Below, in pieces: positions 32,811-42,360 of a stretch of 64,000 nt of DNA. The DNA is from Deltaproteobacteria bacterium. GTDB taxonomy: Bacteria; Myxococcota_A; Polyangia; Polyangiales; Houyiibacteriaceae. A program made the translations under genes and the position numbers. Position 1 is the stretch's first letter; each line of letters starts with the position of its first letter. The stretch spans positions 1-64,000 of the forward strand of contig JAXMNT010000036.1 of the NCBI GenBank assembly GCA_034670305.1. The letters are read 5' to 3'. The notes under the pieces were generated by a model. It made no database searches. It worked only from the letters and a program-made list of their open reading frames with translations, and was not told the DNA's origin.

Positions 32811-32926
32811 AGAGGCCAGACCCAGAAGCCAGGACTCAGAGGCCAGGACTCAGAAGCCAGGACTCAGAGGGCAGACTCAGAGGCCAGGACTCAGAGGGCA
32901 GACTCAGAGGCCAGGACTCAGAGGGC
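32811..32926. repeat. 13-14 bp tandem repeat (AGAGGCCAGGACTC and variants), about 8 copies
   Basis: Directly visible; the last unit contains the TGA stop of the upstream minus-strand gene. Confidence 0.9.
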
Positions 32927-34501
32927 GTCGGTCAGGGCGGTGCCCACCGCGGCCCAGCCCGCGCCGGAGCGGCGGATGAGTTGGCTCGCCGGCTGGCGCA
33001 GGTCCGAGAGCATGCGTCGGTGTTGGCTCTCGGCGTCGGCACCGGCGGTGGTCTTGACGACCGCGAAGAATGTGACGCCGTCGCGGTTCAGGTTCGTGAG
33101 GACGTCGGGCCACTCGGCGGGTGGCGGCGAGACCGTGGTGTACGGCACGTACAGCCCCAGGCCGATCGGCTGCGGTCCGTTGTGGTTCGGCGCATCGGTG
33201 AACGCGACCACGATGCGCTGCGCGCTCGGTCGCCAGCATCCGCCCGCGACCCGATCCGCGGCGCAGCGAAGCGGCTCCGTCTGAGGATGCGGTGCGCCAC
33301 CGGTCAACACGTCCAGGGCTTCGATGCCGCTCTCGGGAAGGTCGCCGCCGCCGTAGCGCGGCGCCCCCGCCAGCTCGGCCCGAAGCGCAGCCTCGTCGTC
33401 GGTCGGTGCGATGCCGCCCGTGAACGGGACGTCCGTTCCGCCGAAGTCGGCGTAGTAGCTGATGCCCACCTGGACGCCCTCGATCGCCAGCAGCTCCGCC
33501 ACGATGTCATCTGCGATGGCGGTCGCGCCGCTCTCCACGTCGCCGGCGTGCGAGCCGGTCATGTCGAAGAGCAGTGTCACGTCGACCGGGATCACCGCTG
33601 CGCAGGCGACCTCCGTCTCGTACCCGCAGGTCTCGCTGCACCGCTGGACCTGCGACTCGCCCTCGGGGCAGCCTTCGGTGGTGCGGCGCGTGGTGCCGGC
33701 CGCGCACTCGCCTTCGCCCATGCAGATCGCGACAGGCGCCCACTCGCACGCGACGTTGCAGCGCGCGCGCTGGGTGCCGCACATGCCGCAGGGTGCGTCC
33801 CCGAGCGTGCCCGGCTCGCACATGCCTTCGTCTTCGCACACGCCGTACGCCCAGGTCCCGTCGTCGCCGCAGACCCGGTCTTGCTCGCCACACGATCCAC
33901 ATTCGACCCGTTCCATGGCGCCCGGTGTGCTGCATGGGTCGAACGAGCAGGCGCCCGCGTCCTCGAACGCACACATGTCGTCGCACAGCACCTCACGGGT
34001 CTCCATCGCTGCGCACCCGTCGTTGGTGCGGGTGCGGGTGCCGGGCGCGCATTCGCCTTCCCCCGAACACGCACCGAACGGCTCGAGCGTGCACATGGTG
34101 GTGCACCGCGCCTGCTGCATGCCGCACGCACCACACGCCACCATCGAAGTCGTGCCGGGCACGCAGCCCATCGGCCGCTCGCCCGCGCAGGGTCCGTAGC
34201 TCCAGATCATCTCCGCGGTGCAGAAGCGGTCCCGCGATCCGCAGAGGCCGCACGACACGGTCTCGAGCGCACCGGGTGCGTCGCAGGGTTCGTCCATCGG
34301 GCCGCTGTCGACGCCCGCGTCCTCTTCAGTGAACGCGTCCTCGTCCGTGGACGCATCTTCGCCAACGAACGCGTCCACGCCCGCGTCGTCCCCCACGAAC
34401 GCATCTTCGCTCGCGCCATCCAGCGCTCCGTCGAGTGGCGCGGTCGATTCGCCGCATCCGAACATGGAGATCACCAGCGTACCCAAGACCAAGCGCGTCA
34501 T
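32918..34501 (-). CDS. Cys-rich repeat lipoprotein with C-terminal VWA domain
   Basis: Lipobox MFGC; repeated C.PG....CG.CG...R.C...C.W; FDMTGS MIDAS, FTDAP. Confidence 0.8.
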   Translation of the reverse strand: MTRLVLGTLVISMFGCGESTAPLDGALDGASEDAFVGDDAGVDAFVGEDASTDEDAFTEEDAGVDSGPMDEPCDAPGALETVSCGLCGSRDRFCTAEMIWSYGPCAGERPMGCVPGTTSMVACGACGMQQARCTTMCTLEPFGACSGEGECAPGTRTRTNDGCAAMETREVLCDDMCAFEDAGACSFDPCSTPGAMERVECGSCGEQDRVCGDDGTWAYGVCEDEGMCEPGTLGDAPCGMCGTQRARCNVACEWAPVAICMGEGECAAGTTRRTTEGCPEGESQVQRCSETCGYETEVACAAVIPVDVTLLFDMTGSHAGDVESGATAIADDIVAELLAIEGVQVGISYYADFGGTDVPFTGGIAPTDDEAALRAELAGAPRYGGGDLPESGIEALDVLTGGAPHPQTEPLRCAADRVAGGCWRPSAQRIVVAFTDAPNHNGPQPIGLGLYVPYTTVSPPPAEWPDVLTNLNRDGVTFFAVVKTTAGADAESQHRRMLSDLRQPASQLIRRSGAGWAAVGTALTDAL

Positions 34502-34617
34502 TTTCAAAGCTCCCTGACCGCAGTGTAGGAGAACCCAGCCCAGCTGTCTGGTCCGCGCAGAAGAACGGTCCGTTCGGCGCGCCCTGGCGGATCGACAGTC
34601 GACAGGACGGAGACGGG

Positions 34618-35229
34618 TCAGGCCGTGGGGGCGGGGAGGATGCCCTCGGCGACCAGCGCGTCTCTCAAGCCGTTGGCGTCTTGGAAGAGGTGGGTGCGCA
34701 TGCCGAGCGCGGCTGCCGGGTCGAGGTTCTTCTGGCGGTCGTCGACGAAGAGGCAGTCTTCGGGCGCTGCGTCCAGGGTGCGCAGCACGTGTTCGTACAG
34801 CTTCGGGTCGGGTTTGCGCAGGCCGACCAGGCACGAGACAAACGACCACTCGAGGAATCGGCTCAGGCGCAGCTTGTCTTCGATCCAGACGTACCACTCC
34901 GGGTAGTTGGAGAGCGCGTGGACCGAGAGGGCACCGGTCCGCTGCGTCGCCGCCAACTCTGCAAGGAGGCGCTCGATGCCGGGCAAGAATGCGTACCCGT
35001 CCCGGATCATCGATTCGAACGCCGCGTGGTCGAAGCTCCGGCCGTCCGCGAAGAACTCGTCGAGGAAACCGTCCCGCGAACGCTCCCCGTGCTCGAAACG
35101 GATCCATGCGTCCGGATGCTTCAACTGCCAGAGCGTGTCGCTCTCCATGCCGAAGAACGCGGGGATGTCGCGAAACGGATCCCGGACGAGGGTGTCCATC
35201 ACGTCCAAGAGCACGATGGTTCGTCTCAT
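34618..35229 (-). CDS. HAD-superfamily phosphatase
   Basis: LDVMDTL, LSN, RKPDP, FVDDR. Confidence 0.85.
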   Translation of the reverse strand: MRRTIVLLDVMDTLVRDPFRDIPAFFGMESDTLWQLKHPDAWIRFEHGERSRDGFLDEFFADGRSFDHAAFESMIRDGYAFLPGIERLLAELAATQRTGALSVHALSNYPEWYVWIEDKLRLSRFLEWSFVSCLVGLRKPDPKLYEHVLRTLDAAPEDCLFVDDRQKNLDPAAALGMRTHLFQDANGLRDALVAEGILPAPTA

Positions 35230-35287
35230 GAACACGCCGCCCGTGGAGCAGGCGGCGTGGTTCGAGCAGCCGTTCGCAAAGCGGCGG

Positions 35288-37840
35288 TCACCGCATCATG
35301 AAGATCGGCTGCGACACGGCGAACGGCGAGCGGCCCGGATGGACCGGCTCGAGCGTGTCTCCGCCCTTCGCGTGGAACACGACCCACGCCCCGCCTTCGA
35401 CTTCGACGTCGGTCTCCAGGCGAATCACGTCGGTCGAGTCCGGGATCGGCAACGTCTCCGCCAGCTCTCCATCCACCCAGACCTCGAGTTCGTCCGCGTC
35501 GACCCAGGGCGCCGCCTGCACGACCACGTGGAAACTCTCGCGCGCCATCGCCGAGGCGATCTCGCCGCCGGGACGCACCCCATCGCGCCCCTCCACCGTC
35601 AGGTAGAGGCCGCCGCTCACGGTGAATGCACCCGCCCGGGTCACATCGCGCACGAGCGCCGCGCCGCCACCGGCCCGAAGCGAAGCCGCATCGTCGACGC
35701 CGACATCCAGACACGTCCGCGGGTACCCGATGGGGGATCCGCGCATCACCCCGTGGGTGTCGGAGGAACCGACCGCCCAGACGCGCCGTCCTTGGTTCAA
35801 GAACGAGAACCAGTCGTTCACGATCTCCATCGACTCTTCGAACGAGTCGTCGTTGAACACCTCGACGGCTTGAAAGTCCTCGTCCCACAGCTCCGGGTTG
35901 CCCACTTCGCCGGTGACCGGATCGTAGTTCGCCGCGCTGAAGTACCCGCCGATCGCGGCGCCGCGCGGATGGTTGATGATCAAGACCGGATCTTCGGGCA
36001 GCGCGCGCACGTCGTTGAAGACGTCGGCGGGCATGCGGTCGATCCAAGGAATCGACCCTCGGTTCTGCATCTCCGGCCGCGGCTCCACCGGCACGACGCC
36101 GAAGTGGCCCCACGCAAACGTGGTCAGCTCCATGGACGTGACGCCGAACACGTAGTCGCCGAGGCCGTTCTCCTGACCCAGCACATCCCACTCGTAGACC
36201 CACTCGTGGTCGGAACGGCACGGGATCTCGAGGCCATCCGCCGCCGCCGTGCCGAGCTTCCACAGACCAGGGTCTTCCGAGTCCGGCGAGCGGTCGGTGT
36301 GGATGTGGTAGTCGGCGCACATCACCCCGGTCGTGTCGACGACCCGGTCGAGGACCACGGTCGTCGGCGTGGCCGGAGGCGGTCCCGCGACCACGGTGAT
36401 GTCGGAGTCGAAGATGTCGTACTCGTACCCGCGCGACACCACGACCTGATGCATGCCGGGCAAGAGCGGCAGGGTGACTTCGCCGTCGAGCGGGAACACC
36501 ACGTGGGTGCGCCGGCCGGGGCGGTCCGGTTCGCCGTACTTCGCTTCGATGCTCGGCTCCGCCCGGCCCACCGGGGCGGTCTGCACGCGGACTGGAAGCG
36601 GCTGGTCGTCCGAGTCGATCGCCCGAATGCTCACGAACCCGACGGCCGGCATGGTGATGTCGCCCGAGGCCACCGGGTCGGAGAATCCTTCGCCTGGGCG
36701 GAAGGCACGCAGCTGCGGCGTGACGTCGGCGGGCACGCTCAGTTGGTAGTTGCCGGATTCGTCTGTGAGGGTCCGCGTGATGTACGCATCGTCGGTCTCT
36801 GCGTGAACCCGGACGCCGGCCATAGGCGCTCCGTCGGCGCTCAGAACCCGCCCGGTCATGCTCGTCGTGGCGACGCCTTCGCTGCGCCAGATGGCTTCGC
36901 GCACACCGTTCATGCCGCGCCCGGCGCCGACGTGAAGCCGGTAGTACGGAAGCGCCGTCTCGCCACATGCGCCGATGGACGCGCGTTCGCCCTGCAGCAC
37001 GATCGCGCCGCTGATCTCGAGGATCAGCCCCACCTCTTCGGTGGGTTCGATCGCGTAGCTGGTCGCATCGTCGTCCGCGAAGCCCATCCACGGGTACGAC
37101 TCGGACGAATCGACCTGGAAACCGCGGACCGGTCCGAACGCTGGCATCCGCTTGGTCTGGAAGATGAGAAAGAGGTTCGGCGCACTCGTACCGCGCGCGC
37201 GCGGGTTGGAGAGCGTGTAGGTGACGTCGACGACTTCGGCGTCGGGCGCCAGGCGGTAGTCGACCGCAATCGTCAGGTCGCCGTACTCGAGGGGCGCGAA
37301 CACCCGCGCGAGGTCGTCCACGAAGGGGATGGGATGCAGCGCACCGACTGCCCGGACGACCGCGTCGTCGGTGCCATCGTCGAACACCCCAACACTCGTC
37401 GGCTCGAACGTGAACCGTCCCACGCCGATCAGCAGCTCGTTGAACGCGGCCGGTTCGACCATCGCGCCGCCTTCGATGCGGGCGAGCCCGTTCGGTTTGC
37501 CGCCCCAGGGATCGTAGCCGTCCGAGACCCGCATGGACTCGATCACGACCGCGACTCGGTCGTTCGCGACGACGAAGTCTCCGGGCGCCCAGGTCGCGAG
37601 ACCGCTCGGATCGTCCGGCAACATCTCCGCGGTCAGCGCGCCCGCGCGCGCTTCGCCGGCGGCACTCCCGAGCGGGTCCGCGTGGCCCGCCGCGTCGCCG
37701 ACCTGGAATGGGCCGGGCAAGGGGTCACACACCTCGGGTTCGGGTGCGTCGACCGCGGCGTCGTCTGCGCCGGCGTCGATGGTCATGTCGTCGTCGCTGG
37801 GACAGCCCGCGATCACGAGAAGAAGAAGAAGCCACCTCAT
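35288..37840 (-). CDS. CehA/McbA-like PHP-fold metallohydrolase lipoprotein
   Basis: Lipobox IAGC; DYHIHT, SDH, GHF, NHP, SSDTH; carboxypeptidase-regulatory-like beta domains. Confidence 0.8.
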   Translation of the reverse strand: MRWLLLLLVIAGCPSDDDMTIDAGADDAAVDAPEPEVCDPLPGPFQVGDAAGHADPLGSAAGEARAGALTAEMLPDDPSGLATWAPGDFVVANDRVAVVIESMRVSDGYDPWGGKPNGLARIEGGAMVEPAAFNELLIGVGRFTFEPTSVGVFDDGTDDAVVRAVGALHPIPFVDDLARVFAPLEYGDLTIAVDYRLAPDAEVVDVTYTLSNPRARGTSAPNLFLIFQTKRMPAFGPVRGFQVDSSESYPWMGFADDDATSYAIEPTEEVGLILEISGAIVLQGERASIGACGETALPYYRLHVGAGRGMNGVREAIWRSEGVATTSMTGRVLSADGAPMAGVRVHAETDDAYITRTLTDESGNYQLSVPADVTPQLRAFRPGEGFSDPVASGDITMPAVGFVSIRAIDSDDQPLPVRVQTAPVGRAEPSIEAKYGEPDRPGRRTHVVFPLDGEVTLPLLPGMHQVVVSRGYEYDIFDSDITVVAGPPPATPTTVVLDRVVDTTGVMCADYHIHTDRSPDSEDPGLWKLGTAAADGLEIPCRSDHEWVYEWDVLGQENGLGDYVFGVTSMELTTFAWGHFGVVPVEPRPEMQNRGSIPWIDRMPADVFNDVRALPEDPVLIINHPRGAAIGGYFSAANYDPVTGEVGNPELWDEDFQAVEVFNDDSFEESMEIVNDWFSFLNQGRRVWAVGSSDTHGVMRGSPIGYPRTCLDVGVDDAASLRAGGGAALVRDVTRAGAFTVSGGLYLTVEGRDGVRPGGEIASAMARESFHVVVQAAPWVDADELEVWVDGELAETLPIPDSTDVIRLETDVEVEGGAWVVFHAKGGDTLEPVHPGRSPFAVSQPIFMMR

Positions 37841-38002
37841 GGCTACGTTCTATCAGTGGGTCACAAGGCTGTCACCGAGGAGCGGAGAACAACGTGGCGG
37901 AACCCGACGTGCCGAAGCCGCGGCCAGCGATTGGAAGCGCGCCGGACGGCGTGCCCAACCCCACGAGACCCGCGTCGTTGTGCGTTCGTTGGGGTGCGCT
38001 GA

Positions 38003-38027
38003 GGTTCCGAGGCGATCCCTCGGAACC
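38003..38027. terminator. 10-bp hairpin downstream of the EGF-repeat gene
   Basis: ggttccgagg-cgatc-cctcggaacc. Confidence 0.45.
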
Positions 38028-38028
38028 C

Positions 38029-38090
38029 ATCTCAGCGCCGCATGTTCTCAGCGCCGCATGATCTCAGCGCCGTATGATCTCAGCGCCGCC
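38029..38090. repeat. 16-bp tandem repeat (ATCTCAGCGCCGCATG), about 4 copies, overlapping a stop codon
   Basis: Units start at 38029, 38045, 38061 and 38077. Confidence 0.9.
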
Positions 38091-40344
38091 GGCGGCGCAG
38101 GGCCCACGCGAGGCCCAGCACCCAGAGCACGCCGGAGCCGGTGTTCCCACCCGCCGCCGCGCAGCCCCCGCCCTCGTCGGGTGCGGTGCCGGCGTCGACG
38201 CCCGCGTCCACGGAAGCGCAGGAGCAGTCGCCCGTCCCGTCGTCGCAGGCTTCGCCCTCGTCGACGACGCCGTCGCCGCAGAAGGCCGGCATGCAGTTGG
38301 ACCGGCACGCATTCGCCGCCTCGTCGGAGTTGGTCTCCCCGTCGTCGCAGGTCTCGCCATCGTCGAGCACTCCGTCGCCGCAGTGCGCTTCGAGGCAGTT
38401 GGTCCGGCAGGCGTTCGGCTCGGTGTCCGACCGGTCTGGCACGTCGCACTCTTCGTTCGACTGGACCAGGCCATCGCCGCAAGTGTTCTCACACGTGCTC
38501 AGCCCCGCGTCGTCTTCCCAGCACGACCAAGGCACCTCGACCTCGCACGCCGCGCTGCACCCATCTCCGTCGTCCATGTTTCCGTCGTCGCACGCTTCGC
38601 CGGCGGTGCGGTGTCCGTCGCCGCACGCCCGGATGCAGTTGCCCTCGCCGTCGTCCACGAAGCCCGGGCTGCACGCGCAGCTGGCGCCGCCCGGTTCGTT
38701 CACGCAGGTCTGGCCGGGATCACAGCGGACGGCACCGGTCGCGCATTCGTCGACGTCGGAACAGCTGACTCCGGAGCCTTCGTAGCCCTCTGTGCACGCG
38801 CAGGTGTACGCACCGTCGGTGTTCGTACAGCGGCCGGCCGGTGCGGGCGCGCAGTCGTCGATGCCCTCGGCGCACTCGTCGATCTCCGAGCACGTGCGGC
38901 CATCGCCGGCGTACCCGGTGCTGCAGATGCACTCGAAGCTGCCTTCGCTGTTGATGCACTCGCCCTCGGGTTCGACCGCGCAGCGCGCGATCTCGGGCGT
39001 GTCGCACTCGTTGATGTCGACGCAGGTCGAGCCATCGCTCACCCAGCCACTCGGACACACGCAGCGGTACCCAGGCGGCGCCGTCTCTTCGCAGGTGCCG
39101 ACGCCGCAGGGACGCCCGGAACACTCGTCGATGTCTCGGCAGGTTCCGCCCGTGAAGGTGTAGCCCGCATCGCAGTCGCAGTTGTAGCTGCCCGGCAGGT
39201 TGTCGCAGGTGCCGCCGTCGCCACACGGGCGCGAGGTGCACTCGTTGTCGTCCAGGCAGGTGGTGCCGTTGGAGGTGTAGCCGCTCGGACAGGAACAGGT
39301 GTAACCACCCGCGTTGTTGCGGCAGCTTCCGACGCCGCAGACGCCGACCATGGTCGCGCACTCGTTGATGTCGACACAGCGGTCGCCGGTTCCGCGCGAC
39401 GGCGAGCCGACGCCGCTCCAACCGGTCCGGCAGGTGCAGTTCCAGTCGCTTGCGCCAACGGCCGCACAGTCCGCGTTGGAGTCGCAGTCGTGGGTCCCTG
39501 CCAAACAAGCGTTCTCGGTCACACAGGTCGTGCCATCGAACCCGAAGCCGGGCGGACACGCGCAGGTGTACCGGGTGGGCGGCGAGAAGTTGGTGCAGTT
39601 GCCGACCCCGCAGATGCCGGGCATCGAAGTGCACTCGTTGAGGTCCACGCAGGTGGTGCCATTGAACGTCCAGCCGGTGAAGCAGCTGCAGGTGTAACCC
39701 GGGGGCGCCGTCTCGGAGCAGTTGCCCCGGCCCGAGGTGCAGGGGTTGCCCGAACATTCATTGATGTCGGTGCAGCCCGCGACCGTGCTGGTGATCTCGA
39801 ACCGTTTGGTGCCCGCGCCGCCGGTCCAGACATGGCTGGAAGACCGCCGGTGACCGCTGCCGGAGTAGCCCGCGTTGCAGGAGCATTCCCAGCGGCCGTT
39901 GCCGTTGTAGACGTCGCTGCACGAGCCACCGGTCGTAGCGCAGTCCCGGTAGTTGGCGTTGCTGCAGAGGTTGAAGTTGGAGGGTTCGCTGCTCGAGTTG
40001 CCGGGCTCGCCGCGGTAGGGGTTCGCGTACGACTCGCCCTGGCTCCAGTCGAAGAAGGGATCGCCGAGCTCTTGGCCGTTGGTCCATCCGTCGCCGTCGC
40101 TGTCGAGCTCCGCCAGGTTCTCCGTCCAGACGAAGCCGGCGTTCTGGAACGCGTTGCCGAACGCGTTGCGCGCGTCGCCGCCCGCTGCGCTCATGTGGCA
40201 GATGATGCAGCGGCCCGTGGTGCCGCTGATGTACCCGTTCGGCACCCGCTCGGGATAGAACGCGGACGCATCGGTCTCGAGTCCCGGCACGACACCGACC
40301 CCCGCGACCACAACCAACAGACCCAACGCTCGCAACCGTCCCAA
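38080..40344 (-). CDS. Cell-surface protein: temptin-like/CxxCH N-domain, Ca-binding EGF repeats, myxobacterial Cys-rich repeats, MYXO-CTERM-like anchor
   Basis: CIICH..RNAFG..DSDGDGWTNGQELGDP; many D(I/V)(N/D)EC EGF_CA motifs; CGDG...EACDDGN; GGGC, TM segment, RRRRR. Confidence 0.85.
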   Translation of the reverse strand: MGRLRALGLLVVVAGVGVVPGLETDASAFYPERVPNGYISGTTGRCIICHMSAAGGDARNAFGNAFQNAGFVWTENLAELDSDGDGWTNGQELGDPFFDWSQGESYANPYRGEPGNSSSEPSNFNLCSNANYRDCATTGGSCSDVYNGNGRWECSCNAGYSGSGHRRSSSHVWTGGAGTKRFEITSTVAGCTDINECSGNPCTSGRGNCSETAPPGYTCSCFTGWTFNGTTCVDLNECTSMPGICGVGNCTNFSPPTRYTCACPPGFGFDGTTCVTENACLAGTHDCDSNADCAAVGASDWNCTCRTGWSGVGSPSRGTGDRCVDINECATMVGVCGVGSCRNNAGGYTCSCPSGYTSNGTTCLDDNECTSRPCGDGGTCDNLPGSYNCDCDAGYTFTGGTCRDIDECSGRPCGVGTCEETAPPGYRCVCPSGWVSDGSTCVDINECDTPEIARCAVEPEGECINSEGSFECICSTGYAGDGRTCSEIDECAEGIDDCAPAPAGRCTNTDGAYTCACTEGYEGSGVSCSDVDECATGAVRCDPGQTCVNEPGGASCACSPGFVDDGEGNCIRACGDGHRTAGEACDDGNMDDGDGCSAACEVEVPWSCWEDDAGLSTCENTCGDGLVQSNEECDVPDRSDTEPNACRTNCLEAHCGDGVLDDGETCDDGETNSDEAANACRSNCMPAFCGDGVVDEGEACDDGTGDCSCASVDAGVDAGTAPDEGGGCAAAGGNTGSGVLWVLGLAWALRRRRR

Positions 40345-40438
40345 GATCCACGCTCCTCACAAGAAAGCCCACCCGCTCTCAATCCGCGCAGCGTAGCCCG
40401 GAACGAGAACGACCGCAGCCTTTGGCGATGGGTGGCGC

Positions 40439-41623
40439 TCAGGGGGTTTCGGCGTCGAGCTCGGCGTCCAGCGCCAGCAAATCGTCCTGGCCAGCCCGGA
40501 CGAGCCACTCGATGAGGGACTGGGCCACGAGGGCCCGCCACACCAGCGTCAACGCGAGCGCGAGCATGAGCAGCGTCAGTGGGGTGGTGGGCGCGATGCC
40601 GCTGGCCAGAAGAAACAGCAGCCCAAGGCTCGCTTGGCGGCGCAGCGGCGACTTCGCGGCCAAGCCCGACAGTCCCACCCCGAGGACCAGCGCGTGCAGG
40701 GTCAGGTAGAGCGCGGGCGCGACCTTCAAGAGCAACTGTCCATGCAAGAGCCCATACGCGAGGCTCGAGAACGCTTCGTTCTCCATCGCGTGGTCGAGCC
40801 AGCTGCCGCCGACCGCCGCGAAGACCATCAACGCAACGACCCCCGCCCCCAGCGAGAGCTGCTGCCACAGGGCGCGTTCGCGTGGCCAACCGACGACCCC
40901 GAGGCTCACGAGCGCCACCCCCCACAGGAGTTCGCCGCCGTGGTGGAGCGCCGTGCCGAGTGGGTGCGCGTGTTGCCAAAGCGTCAGCGCGCCGATCAAC
41001 AGGAAGATCGTGGCGGCGAACGCGAGGAACGAACCGAGCGCGGCCCCGACCATCGCGGACCGCATCTCGAATGTTGCGCCTTTGCGGCCGGCCGAGGTGG
41101 ACAGGAGGATCGCGAGCAGGTTCACCGCCCCGAGGGCGAACAAGACGACGAGCGGGGTCGTGCGCTCGGCGGGCAACACCGCGGCGAGCAGCACCGTCGG
41201 CAAGAAGATGCCGGCGAAACCGGCCAGCCCGAGGCGCTGGTGCAGGGGCGCCTCGTGGCGGGGTTGGATCATCTCCGTGATCGCGAGCCCCAACGTCAAC
41301 ACGCCGAGCAAGGCACAGGTGTTGCGGAGCAGGTCGCCGGCTTGCCCGGCGGTCGCGATCGCGTCGTGGCTCAGACCGCTGAGTTCTCGGTCCGCGACCA
41401 CGCGCACCAGCAGCCGGTTCCAGAGTTGGTCGGCGATGGCGAGCAGGGCCACCACGACCGCTCCGAAAGGCGCCAGCCGGGTCGGCACCGAGGCCTCTGC
41501 CGCCGCCGAACCATCGTCCGCCTTCGACCCAGCGACCGCACGCTCTGCAGGTGGCGGATCGTCGGGCGCGTCGACATCGCTTGTCACAGACTCCGACACA
41601 GAGTGGACGACGCTAGCAGCCAA
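40439..41623 (-). CDS. Hypothetical multi-pass membrane protein
   Basis: Long ORF with many hydrophobic helices; start uncertain. Confidence 0.7.
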   Translation of the reverse strand: MAASVVHSVSESVTSDVDAPDDPPPAERAVAGSKADDGSAAAEASVPTRLAPFGAVVVALLAIADQLWNRLLVRVVADRELSGLSHDAIATAGQAGDLLRNTCALLGVLTLGLAITEMIQPRHEAPLHQRLGLAGFAGIFLPTVLLAAVLPAERTTPLVVLFALGAVNLLAILLSTSAGRKGATFEMRSAMVGAALGSFLAFAATIFLLIGALTLWQHAHPLGTALHHGGELLWGVALVSLGVVGWPRERALWQQLSLGAGVVALMVFAAVGGSWLDHAMENEAFSSLAYGLLHGQLLLKVAPALYLTLHALVLGVGLSGLAAKSPLRRQASLGLLFLLASGIAPTTPLTLLMLALALTLVWRALVAQSLIEWLVRAGQDDLLALDAELDAETP

Positions 41624-41675
41624 GCCCCCGCAACGGGGAGCACAATCGGGCTTGGCTCGCTTCGCGCAGCGGCCG

Positions 41676-42308
41676 TCAGTGCCAGGCGGTGAGCTGCGCT
41701 TCGACTGCGTCGAGGCGGGCGGTGGGCTCCGCGGCTGGCTCGGTGCCTTCGGCGCGGGGATGGCAGAAGTAGCAGCTGAACCCCTCGCCGGTCTCGGCGT
41801 CGTATTCTTCGGCGCCGATCATCTGACGCATGGCCGGGACCACGTGGTTGAACATGAACCGCACCATCCGCGGATGGGCCTGCACCATCGCCCGCTGCTC
41901 GTCTGAGCCGCTGGGGTGGAGCGCCAGGATGTCCGGGTTCGGCATCTCGAAGTTCCGCTCGGTCATCGTGGCGCCGTGGCAGTCCTGACAGCGGAAGCTC
42001 GCGTAGCGCTCCCCGTCGTACTCCTGAAAGAGCGTGCGCATGTACGGCAGGACTTCCGCGCCCATGTACTGGCCCTTCTGTTGGGCGGTCATGGTCTCCC
42101 AGGCCGCGGGCGGGTTGGGGATCTCCTCGGCGGTGCGCGGACGCATGCCGATCCCGTCGAGTTCGACCTCGGGTTCGACCGCCACGGTCTCGACTTCGTC
42201 GCCGGTGCCCGTCGTCTCGACCGGCTCGGTGGTCGTGGACTCGGAGCCTCCACAGGCCAAGAGTCCAGAGACCGCCAGAATCGCTGTCCGTCGCATCGTC
42301 GTTCGCAT
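41676..42308 (-). CDS. Putative diheme c-type cytochrome lipoprotein
   Basis: Lipobox LLAC; CQDCH and CYFCH motifs. Confidence 0.75.
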   Translation of the reverse strand: MRTTMRRTAILAVSGLLACGGSESTTTEPVETTGTGDEVETVAVEPEVELDGIGMRPRTAEEIPNPPAAWETMTAQQKGQYMGAEVLPYMRTLFQEYDGERYASFRCQDCHGATMTERNFEMPNPDILALHPSGSDEQRAMVQAHPRMVRFMFNHVVPAMRQMIGAEEYDAETGEGFSCYFCHPRAEGTEPAAEPTARLDAVEAQLTAWH

Positions 42309-42360
42309 CGTCTTCTCCTGTTCTCGCCGGCTGCTACGCGCGCACCCGGCCCCCGTTACG

